From Owenia fusiformis (lineage: Eukaryota), in the NCBI GenBank assembly GCA_903813345.2, contig CAIIXF020000001.1, forward strand, positions 43,400,001 through 43,464,000: DNA of 64,000 bases, in the 5' to 3' direction. Shown here in pieces: positions 51,101-63,678 of this stretch; position 1 is the stretch's first letter, and every line of letters begins with the position of its first letter. The position numbers and the translations under genes are program-made. The notes under the pieces were generated by a model. That model did no database searches. It had not been told where the DNA came from and was given only the letters and a program-made list of their open reading frames with translations.

Positions 51101-54100
51101 ATTGTAAGTTAAAACTGAAGTTTACTTGGCACATATTTTTGACTATAGTGTAGTATATTAAGGCAGTCCTTGATATGTCAACATATTTACTTTTAACATT
51201 AATCCTAGAATATTTGCAAAGAAAACATTTATAGCACTTGCCAACTGGGGTCAAACTAGGTCAAAAAGTACAGATAAAAAAACAAAACTTCTCTTTTTTA
51301 TTTTCTGGTCTTTACGTTATTATATATAAGTGATTTCATATGACAGAAAAGTTAAAAATCATTGGAATCTATTCTACCAACCTTATCTTTTGAAAAAACT
51401 AATATATTCCTAGCAGCTAAATCTCTATGTATAAATCGTTTATTTTCTAAGTATGCCATGCCATCAGCGATCTGTACTGCAAAGTCGCATAATGTTGTCA
51501 CAGGAAAGTTTTGGCGAGATGATGTGTCTTTGAGACATTCTAGAAGGGACTTCATAGGAGCATATTCTGTGACCTACAAATATTTTTATTACAATTAAAA
51601 GTAATTTAATATTCAAAGTTGAGCAAGTTAAATTTATTCAAACTTTTGGCAATGTATCACTGAAAATGTTGAAACTGCATGACATTAGTCTCTTAAGTGC
51701 AATACCTGTTAGTTATAATAGATTCAGGAGACAAGTGTTGAAAGCTCCAACAACTATACCAAAAAGGTAATAATGATAATTTTGCAAAATGACCACCTAC
51801 CAGCATAAGCGAGTTGTCACCATCAAGGACAACACCAAACAGACGGACAATACAATCGTGGCTAATGCCATGCATGATTGTGGCTTCTTTAAGGAACTCT
51901 GATGAGCCACTTTCCATACGCTCTTTGCATAGGATCTTTACTGCAACTTGTATCTTCAACAGAAAGATTATCAATCAAATTGTGACATATTGACATCACA
52001 TGGACCAATCAAATGCTCGAAATGACACAATTATAGATTATTTTATATATCAGAGATTATTTTCTTTACATGCATCCTATCAGAATGCAAAGTCACAAAA
52101 AGCATGACACAAATTTTTCTGACTTTATTTGGATAAAATTTCATTGTACATTCAAACCTTCATGTCAATCACAACTGTCAGTTATCTGTCAGAGCTCGGG
52201 TAATGTTATTATCCAATGCAATATCTTAGATATTCCATCTTACCTTCTCCCCTTCATTGGTCCATACACCTTGTTGGACCTCACCAAACTCTCCCTTCCC
52301 AATTGTCCTTATTGTAGTGATGCTCTCAGAGGAGATTATATAACCAGTGCTAGGGTTGCTGGGATGGCTAATGCTCCCTGGACTTTTGGGACTTGGCGGG
52401 ATCTCTCGAGGTGAACTTGGGATAATACGATGTTCTGGAGAGGGATGCTGGATTTTTCGTGTATTGTCATTGTGTTCAATGGTTGATTTCACAAACATAC
52501 GCTGAAACGAGAAAACATATAATTTAACATGACACACAGTGATAAATATAGTGATCAAAATGGCCACCTTGAACATTACCAAGCAAGCCCAAAGACCAAT
52601 CAGATCTTGGCTTACCAAAAGTCAGCTCTTGCATCTGTAAAAATTTCAACAGATGAATTGCATTCTCGGTATCTTGAATACAAGATTTCTTTTGCAACCT
52701 ACCTACCCACGATAGAATAAAAGTTTAAAACTCACTATTTCATTACAAGACAATTTGCCTGTTTTAGTGCTTTTAATGAAAAGGACAGATGGACCAACGG
52801 ACAGACCAACAGACGGACCAACGGACGGATGCCTGGTCGATCCCATAGGCTCCCCGCCAAATATTCAAAGTAGCAAAAGAAGATGTCATTGTCAGTAAAC
52901 AAGAGTTTCAATCACAGCTTTAGGTTTTGGGAATTGGCAGCACTTCAGTATTCAGGTCCATGAACACGTTCTTTTTTCTTCTAGTGAGAAAACACAAAGG
53001 AGCAGGTCAGAGTCTAGTACAATAAGACCTGTATGCAAAAAACCTGGTATTATAGTAGCAGTAGTACATATCACCTCTATAAGATCATTTTGAGTCAATC
53101 AGAGTATTTTTCAACCAAGACTGGTTTAACTGTATCATCTAACAGGTCAGGGCGAACAGTATTTAAGCAAAACATGACCAAATAGCACAAGGAAAGTTAT
53201 GTTAAACTTTTCATGTGAATATCATCTACTTTTAAACCAGTAAATAGAGAAGATACGTGAGGATTAACAGGTGGGATGACACAGTACAAATATGAAACTA
53301 AACGGAGATCATCTGATACTCAGATACATATTCCAGAATCTAGAAAGTCTATGAATTTCAAAGAGAAACTGAAGCATTCACAATTAGTTCCTGAGCTACT
53401 TACATTAGCAAATCAACTAACATTCACAGGACCTTTCCCTGAACCAGAAAATGATGATGGGTCTCAGTTGTACAAAGGGCCAACTCCTAAATCAAAAAGC
53501 TATGAACATTTATCAGATTTTGTGCAGTTTGCGTCATCAAAGGTTGACATCAGAAATACCTACACATTGACGATGCTTAATGAACATACATTTTACGTTG
53601 AAAACTTTGTACAAAATTTCTGCCTTTCTTTTGGAGAACTAGATGAATTATTCAAGTCTAAAAACATCATCAGATGTGGAAGTTCCTATGAACTTGCAAA
53701 GATTCTCGCCCCTGATGAATACGACTATATACCTGTCCTTATATGGTCTGATGATGTCACAGTTAGGGTTGAAAATGTGGGGAATGATTGTGAACTGACA
53801 GGTCAAGGTTATGGGGACATCTTCATTGAGAAAGGGGATCTACACGATGCATTACATTCTGATATCATGCCAGATAAGTCGGACATACTTGATCTTATTA
53901 AGAGTCAACGAGGCCCAAGCAAGTTAAACACATTCTTTGCTGTCACACTTCAGACGAGGATATACTCTTACCTAAACAAGATAGAGGACTATAAATTCTT
54001 CATAGGTGAACGGAACCATAAAGAAGACCCAGATTCTCCATACCCAATGGGATCATTGAGCATACATATCATAACACATGGAACCAGTATATGGTTGCGA

Positions 54101-55504
54101 CTAGGTGCACCTCTTTGCACAGTCGATATAGACCTCTCGTTTGCAATTGAGAAGAGAGACCAAACACAGGGAAGATGTGTTATGGTGCGTGCAGATAACA
54201 TTAGCGAACGGTGTGACAATTTCTCCCATTGGACTGAATCTCTTATTGATCAAGGGCTCAAAACAGAGCAAATTATACATGTATTATCAATACAGCATAG
54301 AAAGTTATTCTTACTATTCAAGTATATTCACCATCTTGTCAGTAAAGATCTTGAGTTCTTTACAGATGGTTCTTCATACTCATTTAAAATATTACTTTTG
54401 CACCATCAGGATACTTGCCAGAGAGATAACATGGGTCAATGCTTTGAGGATATCACTGAGGATTTCTTTTGTACAAAATCCAGAAAATACTGAAGACATA
54501 CAGAACAAAACCTGTGTATATATTTCTTCAGATAAACGAGAGATTCAAGATATTCATTACCACAAAAGGATGGTACACTTTGACTTCAGAATTGACAGCG
54601 TTGTAATGGTATGGATTTTGGAACAGGTAAAACACTCTGATGGCAGATCTTGATGGGATATACTGGTGAGAACTGATCCAAACTTAACTGAACTAAATGC
54701 AGTTGAAAAACTCCATACACTGATTGATTCAGCACAACAACTGGAGACATTCATCAGTGATGAAGACATTGATGAGGGTTCAGTCCTTGACATTGAATGG
54801 ATTCATGACGACAGTACAAGGACAGTGATGAGATATATAAAGCCAACTGAGACAGATTCAATTAAAGAAGCTTTTCAGAATTTGATTGAGAGAGATCCAG
54901 ATTGGTAACGAAAAAATTATTAAGACAATGTTCATGTATGTGAAAACACTGATATTCTTATTCATTGTTTACAGGATTTCGATCTTTGGCAATAGCCAGA
55001 ATAAAATCTGACGTCATATATTTGCCATAAATCATTGAATTAATGTCTGTTACAATTCTAATATGATTAATAATAACCAACCAGGAAAACAACTATTTGC
55101 ATTTATGAAATTTAGCGGTCATTCACACTGGATACGGTTGATTATTTTCCTAGTACACATAAATCTGCAAATACCAGTCAAAATGACTGCTGATGTACAC
55201 ATGCATGGTCAGGTGATTTCGCAATTTGCTTATAGTTGTTTACGAATTTCGGATAGGCGGTAGGGTTTGATGGAAAGATCTATTGTTCTTGTGATGTCAC
55301 ATATCACATTAGAATTCATAATATACATGTACCATATTGGAAAATACAATACAATTACAGGTATGAGGTGTTAGAAAAATGCTTTCAGAGAAGGTAAAGT
55401 ATTTTATATGTTATCTCTCACCTTTTTCAATTTGCTAAAGGTCCCTTGTGGACATTCTTTGTTGAAATATTTTTTGAAACGCCTCAGCTCTGGTTTTGTC
55501 ATAC
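39140..55504 (-). CDS. Ack-like: Ack-like/PR2 non-receptor tyrosine kinase of the ACK/TNK2 family (SAM-kinase-SH3-CRIB-Pro-rich-UBA); first coding exon not found in the window
   Basis: Phase-consistent exons 55504-55422 (SAM end), 52501-52244 (IGKGEFGEV), 51953-51801 (VAVK), 51573-51382 (HRDLAARN), 50801-50704 ([34 protein letters not shown]2-type activation loop), 50014-49888 ([18 protein letters not shown]), 47425-47276, 46605-46502 and 46241-46096 (SH3), 45875-45693 ([22 protein letters not shown]), 45439-45289, 44913-44796, 44568-44245, 43819-43658, 43314-42161, 41862-41814 and 39358-39140 (UBA-like, stop). Confidence 0.92.
50276..50415. repeat. 140-bp near-perfect palindrome (hairpin-type element) in a kinase intron
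   Basis: AATATAGACC.CAGAGCAG.GCTACTATTTTCGAATACACCCC..AGGGCT.GGCACAAA is mirrored by TTTGTGCC.AGCCCT..GGGGTGTATTCGAAAATAGTAGC.CTGCTCT.CGGTCTATATT. Confidence 0.85.
53276..54908 (+). CDS. Intronless cGAS-like receptor (Mab-21/cGLR nucleotidyltransferase) nested antisense in the kinase intron; frameshift near 54467 and in-frame TGA at 54651
   Basis: The 405-aa ORF 53276-54493 has [17 protein letters not shown] (hGS...[DE]h[DE]h, compare cGAS GSYYEHVKISAPNEFD), a third acidic strand [10 protein letters not shown], and Mab-21 helical motifs [21 protein letters not shown] and MGQCF. Coding-like sequence continues in the +1 frame to 54653 and, past one TGA, to 54908. Confidence 0.82.
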
Positions 55505-56142
55505 CTGGAAATATATAATATGTGTGTACGAATAAATAACATATTAAATGGAGAATAATCGATAATAAAGTATATAAACTGTGGAACTGCAAGGAACTGT
55601 AATACTAACTTACATATTATGCAGTTTATTATCACATATGTTTAATTCATATTACAGCTTAGCAAATCTAATTTATCTAGGTTTGTATATTTTACAAAAA
55701 GTTATTTAATATAGAATTTACATTTGGTGACAAAATATTTGACAGTATTACTATGTATGATATTCAACTTTCGATCAAATATCTATACTGAAGCGGATTA
55801 TATGAGCTACTATTCCTATGTTTTATGAGGCTAATATCTTAGACTTAACATTTGATTTATACTAGTATGATACAATTATTATATCATCACGGAAATGAAA
55901 AAGTAATTTCGAGGAATAAATCAAATTTATTGTAATTAGGCACAATATATTCAGTGGCATGGGGAATATATCATATCCATAATGTAATATTAGGCATGAA
56001 CACATCTGAAAAATGTAACAATTGTCACAGATGCCTGTGCCAGTCGTCACAGATGCCTGTGCCAGTCACAAACAGTGACTATAAATGACATCATCTATTC
56101 TTGGTGGTGACAAAAATATGGCTGAAGAAGGCTGAGGTCTAA

Positions 56143-56312
56143 TGCCTCAGTAACATTTGATCTACGGCAACTGCGCAGTGACTGAGCTTCCCAAAATTGA
56201 GAGAAATGCAGCATAAAATAAAGGGATAAGCAATACGATGTAGGCTTTCTATATCGATTTTGTAAAGCTACGCCCACCGTACGCCCGCCGTAGATCAAAT
56301 GTGACTGAGGCT
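56143..56312. mobile_element. PIF/Harbinger-type MITE
   Basis: TIRs (T/A)GCCTCAGT(A/C)ACATTTGATCTACGGC. TAA duplicated at 56140-56142 and 56313-56315. Confidence 0.88.
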
Positions 56313-57003
56313 TAATACATATTGCTTTATGCTGCCATTCTCTGTTTGAAAGAACATCTAGGTTAGAGTGCCCTCTTATAATAATAATAATAATAATGTC
56401 CTATTATACTATTCTATGTCTCAACATACACAGGATATCATCCATCACTTTGGCCTTTAATTAAGCAACTATGGCATTTGCTCATATTTGTTATTTTCAA
56501 TATTTTGTGAATACTCAGTTTGATATAAAGACTTTGACATTTATACTAATTTCATACATCTTTTTAATATGGCCAAAAGTCAAGTTGTCTAATGTAATAT
56601 AATGGTCTAGTCTCGAAGGTGTCATCTCACTCATATGATAATCTAAAAAAACAAAAAGATTGAAGGGAAATATTGCCCAATATGAAAATATTAATCAAGC
56701 AGCAGCTCCTCATTGCACCATAGTCTCTGCACAAATTCATATTTTCTCTGGAGACAATAACTATTTTTGATAGGGACATTAATAAGAGACATATTAAAGA
56801 TATTCTCCTATCATGGGATCAGTTATTACAAGCAAACCGCAATTCATTCCACATGATCAGCGAAATTGAAATTATTGACTAGGAATTGACAGTTCATGAC
56901 CCTCATAAATTTACGGAGAATGACAAATAGCCAATAATAAAGGCTAAAAATAACAGAATGCTTCTAATACAGTAATGTCACAGTAGTCATAATTAGTATA
57001 CTA

Positions 57004-57187
57004 CAATTAAACCTGTTTAACGTGGATGCTACAGGAACTGGCTGAAATGTTCACAATGAGAGATAATTCATGAAGAGGTTCAGTTAAAGTAGGAGTCAAT
57101 GATACATCCTAAACACAGAACCATTTAAAGTATTCATATTTCTGGGTGTTCACTTTGGAAAGGTGTTCACATAATCAGGTTTTACTG
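57004..57187. mobile_element. Degenerate Tc1/mariner (pogo/Tigger-like) MITE
   Basis: TA|CAATTAAACCTG and CAGGTTTTACTG|TA. The same terminus occurs singly at ~27325 and ~50524. Confidence 0.6.
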
Positions 57188-58299
57188 TATTCTCAAAGAG
57201 AATATTGATTGGAGGAGTAGAATTAACAAAGAATGAAAAGAGACGCTCGCTAGATTTCAGATTAGTATTAGTGTCAGCAATCGTTTTTCTCATGAAATAT
57301 TCATGAAATATTTATTCTCATGAATTTTGATTTCAATATACATGTAGTTCTTGAGGCATCTCATACTTTGTATAAATACTAAACATGTATGTTTTTTTTA
57401 CAGTTCATATTTGAAGTCATATTTTTGGACTACCTACTACTACATCAATATTCAATATTGAAGACTGGTCTTGAATTGATTTTTTATTTGGCCAGTTGAT
57501 AATAGAATTGCATAAACAGTAAACAACTGCATAATATGTATTTATGATTCAGAAGGATGACCTTCCTCCATCTCAACAATTGATTTCTATAAATATCTAG
57601 GGTGGAAAACTCCTATTTTCATAGCTCTGCCAGCCCAAAGTTGGTCAAAAATGTCTCATTTTCATAAATTTTCTCATTTCCATGTGGGTGCAAATTGGTT
57701 TTTAATACAGATATGGGTGCAAGTACATTTTCAAAATCTCAAATGGGTGCAGAATCTACTGGCACAAGATGGCGTGATCAAAGAACATAATCACCTTCTT
57801 CTATAAATCTAGATTCTGGAGCAGCGATGATGAACATCTATAGCTAGCATTGACAAGAAAACTGAATCAAATACTTAACTAACTATTTTATTTTACTTCA
57901 AATTTACATGCAATTCCTTAACACAATTGACTCAATATAGAAGAGCTGATGAATTTTCATCGTCAACATGGAAGTATTACATTGAACTTCACTTTCCCAT
58001 CTTGGATTATTTGATTACTACAACAAAATGTGCCAAGTGAAAAGAAAAATTGATATTGGAGATATAAGACTTGATGAATAACTGCATAAAATTAATGTTC
58101 CATGTTCACCATCAATGTCAATATCCAATCATATTTCTCAATTGAGGACATGAATCTAAAAGGCAATGTATGTACTGGTCTACCCAGGCCCGTAGCCAGG
58201 ATTCGCCAAGGGGAGTTTACTTTTGACAACTTTGGCCAAAAAAATGGCCAAAATCATAAATCAGAATGGTGAAAAACTGCATGATTTTGAAAGAATGTT

Positions 58300-58366
58300 T
58301 CTGGGGATTCGAACCTGGCTACCTATCGCAAAGGTCTGATCTCTTCATAGTGTGGCTAGCCAATAG
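58300..58366 (-). mobile_element. Possible tRNA-derived SINE head fragment
   Basis: Minus strand has a B-box GGTTCGAATCC (58315-58305). No complete cloverleaf. Confidence 0.35.
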
Positions 58367-59085
58367 GGATCCAGATCAGGGCAGAACTCGACCAGCTTCA
58401 TTTTGATAAATTTAGTGTTTAGATTTAACATATATATCTTCACAAATCATGGATATAAAAAATGAACATTTGACTATGTTTACCTTTAACAACCCCCAAA
58501 TCATTTGTAAAGAGCCCCAACCAAAGAGGTAGGCATGACATCTCTCTTCTTTACTATGATCAACTGGCATTTCATCAAAACAGTTAATGAAAGAAAACAT
58601 GTGTGTATATCTTAGTAAATTGTTATGCTTCACAGGGCACTTGGGGTCAGGAATGCAGTGCCTTTGTTTTAAAATAGATATGAAAGATCTACCTTGACCT
58701 TAGCTGATCAATTATAAACACATGTATAAAGTCATATGTTAAGATATGTGAGAATTAGGAAGTAAACATTTCAATATTTCTAGGCTTCTAGCATAAGCAG
58801 AGATCGGCAGAGAAATAGTTCAATTACTTTGACAGTCAGACTATAATCCATTCTATAAAAAACATTTATTTCAATTTGCCACAGTAAATGACATTACCAG
58901 GCTATTACCACATACGAGATTGAATCTTTAATATCTCTTTTGCCTTGTGTAAATGAAATTAGACTTTCCTGAAATCTTGGCCTTCAATGACTGCATCTGT
59001 TAACATCTTAGAGAATATTAATAAGCCAAGGTGACAGGGAGATTAACTTGTCATGAGGTCATGGTGCATCCATGATGGAAACATA

Positions 59086-59290
59086 CTGTATAAGTGGTCA
59101 TTTTGCCTAATCATTTAATTTGCCTATTTCCTAATTTTTACCAGGTTCGGAAAATTAAATGTCGGAAATATTGTCTTTATAATGTTATCCAATGGGAGGT
59201 TTCTTGTCATTAGGAAAATTAAAATTAGGAAAATGATGAAATTTGACCATTCGGAAAATTAACCACTCGGATTAAATACCACTTATACAG
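59086..59290. mobile_element. Tc1/mariner-type MITE
   Basis: TA|CTGTATAAGTGGT and ACCACTTATACAG|TA, with internal GGAAAATTAA repeats. Confidence 0.8.
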
Positions 59291-60135
59291 TATTGTAGAT
59301 GTACCAGTACATTGTGGAGTATAGCCTGTTGGTTTCATCTTCACCTTCTCACTCTTCACTATACTCCAAAGGGAGCCGAGTGTATGACTTAAGGTTTGAA
59401 AAAATATTCTTACTTTGATGAACCCTTTAAAATGTATTTTAGAACAATAAATAATTATGTATCAATTATCTATGCAAGATGTGTCCATCCCATTTCTCCT
59501 TTAAAAATGTTCTCACAACCTTGGTACAAAGAAAAAAAAAAAAAAACATACTTGCCAACTGATATTCAATAGTACATGTAAATACAATGTACATTTGATA
59601 ATCATAGACCCTGAGTATCGCCATATTTGTACAACTGTTAGACACTGATACATTCAGACTTAAATGTCAATCAGCAAAAAAACAGATCCATCCACAATCC
59701 CAAAATTATGCAGGCATCATTGCATTTGGACAAATCAACCCGTAAATCCAGTGATTATCTACAATATTGAACATACCAGACATGACATACACCATTATTA
59801 TAAAATATCATACTAGTTCATCATTAAATCAAATCAAAACATCCAAACCAAAAGTGATTTTATTCACTGAACCAAAATCAATCAGTCAACAAAAACATTA
59901 TGTATACCAGGTAAACATTCTCACTGAAGTTGTGTCCCTTCATGATTATGACAATAGTTCATGTTTTATTCAGGGCATAAAGTGAATTACATGGAGTAAA
60001 TTTCTCATGGGAGTCCACATGGGTACCTTGTACTGAAAGGTTAGGCCTCGGACAAACCACTGCTCCTGCATGCCTATGTTAAGCACTGATGCTGGGTCCA
60101 TACTGCACCCACATTGTAATTGTCTTTCTGTACTG

Positions 60136-60233
60136 GATAAAGCATAAGAATGAGATTTTATAAGAAATAATACACCGAAGGCCGAAGGCCTGAGGTTATT
60201 ATTTCTTATCAAATCGAATTCGAATGCTTTATC
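60136..60233. repeat. Imperfect palindrome (hairpin-type element end)
   Basis: GATAAAGCAT...ATAAGAAATAAT [GGCCGAAGGCC] ATTATTTCTTAT...ATGCTTTATC. Confidence 0.75.
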
Positions 60234-61185
60234 TTACTTAAATCACACACATTCTTATTACAGGTAAATGGTATATTGCAGGTAAATGGTCAATGATCTA
60301 ATCTGGAAAATTTTATTTCTTTTGTGTTGACTGTTCATGTAGGGGTAAGTGGTTTGATACATGTAAGTGAGTGAGTTCTTTTGAGTTGACTGTTCATGTA
60401 GTTATATAGCCAATTAATTGTAACAACAAAAAGAGTTGGTCGCATTGACCTCATGAGTGTGAGTTGATGTAAGTGACTGAGTGGGCTATAATTAGTCTAG
60501 CTTCAGTGCACTAGGTGACTGTCCAGTCCAGAACATTGCATTTGAATACAGCAGAATATTTGTAAGTAAGATAAGATCAATGATGTAGATAACAACAAAA
60601 ATTGATAAATTGTTTTATTCTAAAGAATGCACAGTAACAAGAGAAGGGTACATGTATTTTTGTATATTGTTTTTAGGGAATGAAAACTATCAAAAACTGT
60701 CAATGGTCATTTATGTCTCACTTGTTTTTGATAGCTTGCCAAGTGTACATTCTTTAAAAACAATAGAAAAATAATGCACTTTCCTTTTGATAAAACCATA
60801 CATTCTTAAAAATAAACCACAGCAAATTCTATTGTGTTGCTACCCAAGTGGGATTTAATATGAAATACTTCAGACAAGATTATAGATTAAAGATGTAGTT
60901 CAAACGTTTATCAAATTACATGGGTGTCCTATCTTAATAAAATCCTTATACTATAAACATATCACATAAATAAATAAAAAACAAAAAAAACATGTTCTGT
61001 TATTAAGTAAAGCATAATAGAAAATTGCCGATATTTGCTTCATTTATTGTACCTGTTGACCTCTGAAATCCAAATACATCATCAGAGGGAGGGGGGTTCA
61101 GCCTCGTTTTGGAATTGCTTGAGTTCGCCATTGAACAAAAAACTTTTTTCAAAACTGAAGACAAAACGAGCCTTAGTAGTACTAA

Positions 61186-63678
61186 ATGCCGAATAGGTGT
61201 GTGGTGGGGAGCTGTAGCAACGTGCCCCGAGAGGGGATTTCGTTGTTTAGATGGCCAAAAGACCCCAAGATGTCCCGATTGTGGTGTAACTTTGTGAAAA
61301 ATACGAGGCGGGATTTCACTCCCAGTGAGAAAAGCAGAGTTTGCTCTGCTCATTTCAACCCAGATTGTTTCGATGTAAATGAGACGAAAAATGCCATACT
61401 CTTATCGATGGGACAGAAACCCATGTAAGTAAGATCTATAAGCAGTATTTGACAGAGTTTGTGTGATTATTTAGTGTGAATATCACCTCGGGAATCTGCA
61501 AATTTGAACCAGGAAATAAAAAATATTTTTCGTTTTTTAATATTTATTTCCCATGTTTTCCGAATTCCTTTCACCATAGAGGCTCCTCAAATGGTCACAT
61601 GTACCGATCCACTGGTATGATTGGTTGCAGGGGTGGATCTGGGAATCAACAGGGGGGGGGGGCAAGGCCCAATTATGCCAAAAAGGCCCACTTATTTGGG
61701 CCCCGAGTGCTTTTTGGGCCCAATTTTTTTTCTGACCCCCCCCAGATCTGCCAGTGGGTTGGTACCAGGGGGTTTGTAGAACTCTTGTCCAATTTTGTGC
61801 ACAAAATGGTTCAAACCTGTTTCTATTATTTTGTTAATTTTACAGAACATGACATGTTGTTTGCCAATCTTATATTTGTAGGCCTCGGACATTGAAAAAT
61901 GATGCAGTGCCCACAATCAAGACTGACACTCCAAAGTCGCCAACCCCATGTGCGGCTCCAGCCCCATGTGCGTCTCCAACCCCATGTGCATCTCCAACCC
62001 CATGTGCGTCTCCTAGTAATACATGTACTCCAAAGAGAGGTGCTTTTTTGAAAAGAGTAAGTAATAAAGGAAAGCTTCCTTTACCCTGTAAATAGATTAT
62101 TTATCACCATTTCCAAACAATGGTGGTTTGAAAGCCCATAGTTTGAAATATTGTCTAGATACATATCCCTTAAAATTTGTATATTTTACATTTTGTATAC
62201 TGTCATCCACTGATGTGTGGCCTCTTGTAAATTCACTTATGTAAGAAAATCCTCACTTCAGCTAATCCACTGCTCATTTATTTATTGCTCAGACTGTATT
62301 TGATTCAGAGGATTGGGCAAATTTTGAAAATTTTTCTACTATTTAACTTGCCGGATTGACCCATCAGTAAAATATGGATATTTTAGGGCTAGGAATTCAT
62401 GGGTTACAATCCAAATATTTTAAGAATTTACACAATGTTTTAGGCTCATCAAGATGCTCTCAAGAATGCCCTTGATATGACCCCCTGGAGCCCTGTCGCT
62501 GTCAAGGCCAAGATCCAGAGAACAACTACTCCGTCTCCCTGTCATTATATCCCTGACTGTCCAACCAAAGAAGCTGCATCACAAGCACAGGTTACCACAA
62601 AATGTGCCAACACACAAGTCACACAAGTCCAACTTCACTTAACACGTGTGAAGCAAGTCCAGACAACCAAAGTTAATCTCAGGAACGCAGGTAATTGTCA
62701 TTACATTTTTACAAAATAACTCAAGTCAACATTTTTCGACCTAGTGGAGAGTTACCATAGTAATAAAAATAAAACATGCGTAAACTCTCTGCACTAATTG
62801 TTGCACCTTTAAATAGGAAAAGTGGATCCCCAGATATTTCAAGTACAGTATGTGATAATAATATACATGAGCACACATTTTCAGGTGTCCAAACTTTACC
62901 TGAGGCCAAACCTTCAACTATGTCCATCAGTACCCAGACAAATACAATAGACGAGTCATCAGATGAGGAATCAGACGATGAGCCAATGGAGGACGATGCA
63001 ATGGATCCAGACTGGGAACCCAAACCTGATGATTATGACGATGATGAAGACTCTATGACAGAGGATGAAGACTTTGAAGAGGATCATACAATAAAAAGGT
63101 AAATTCGATTTTGAGCACAATGATAAATACCCCCTTTCATTTAGTTTTAATGCCTTGCAATGCAGAGCTTTCATTAGCAGCAGGCAACTAGTGTTTTTAA
63201 AAATGGACACCCATTATCGTATTATGAAAGAAAAAAGTGTGGGATTGCCAAGGATTAATTTTTCTCATTTCAAATATTTTGAGATTTAAAAATCTTTAAA
63301 ATTGAACCCTCCAATGACTGTATCATGTCCCACTTAGGTGGGTATGAGGTAGGAGGTTTTTTATACAAAGCCCAAATTAAATAGAAGTACAGAAGTTTGA
63401 TAATATGATGATTGAAGTAAATTCTCATTTCAGGCAACAGTTTGATGACACTTCTATGTTCATTGTCCAGCTGTCACAGTTAATGACCCTGTTCACTTTG
63501 TGTTTCCACTGCAAAAGCAGTGAAACGTCAGTCATTGTTGATGGAGTTCAGGGTACCATGCTTGGCCTGAGACAGCTTTGCAACACCTGTGGGAAGTCAT
63601 TTCTATGGAGTTCCCAGACTCTCTTCCATGGTATTGCTAGGGGAAATATCTTCCTCTCTGCCAGTATCCTATTCACAG
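61186..63678 (+). CDS. THAP-domain spliced transposase, Kolobok-type, 5' exons; continues beyond the window
   Basis: Phase-consistent exons 61186-61424 (MPNRCVVGSCSN...FRWPKD...W...VCSAHFNPDCF, THAP C2CH), 61882-62056 (LKNDAVPTI, AVPTI box), 62444-62690, 62885-63098 (acidic, DPDWEP) and 63434-63678 (FIVQLSQLMTLFTLCFHC...GT...QLCNTCG...WSSQ...GNIFLSASILFTG, as in Kolobok-type transposases). Confidence 0.8.
61628..61756. mobile_element. 129-bp hAT-like MITE in intron 1 of the THAP gene
   Basis: Imperfect TIRs CAGGGGTGGATCTGGG and CCCAGATCTGCCAGTG, with GGTTG directly on both flanks. Confidence 0.6.

Noticed and set aside
54651..54653. Selenocysteine codon in the cGLR tail
   Set aside because: No convincing SECIS stem-loop was recognised downstream and there is no redox motif context.
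58300..58366. Functional tRNA gene
   Set aside because: Only a B-box is present, with no acceptor stem or cloverleaf.
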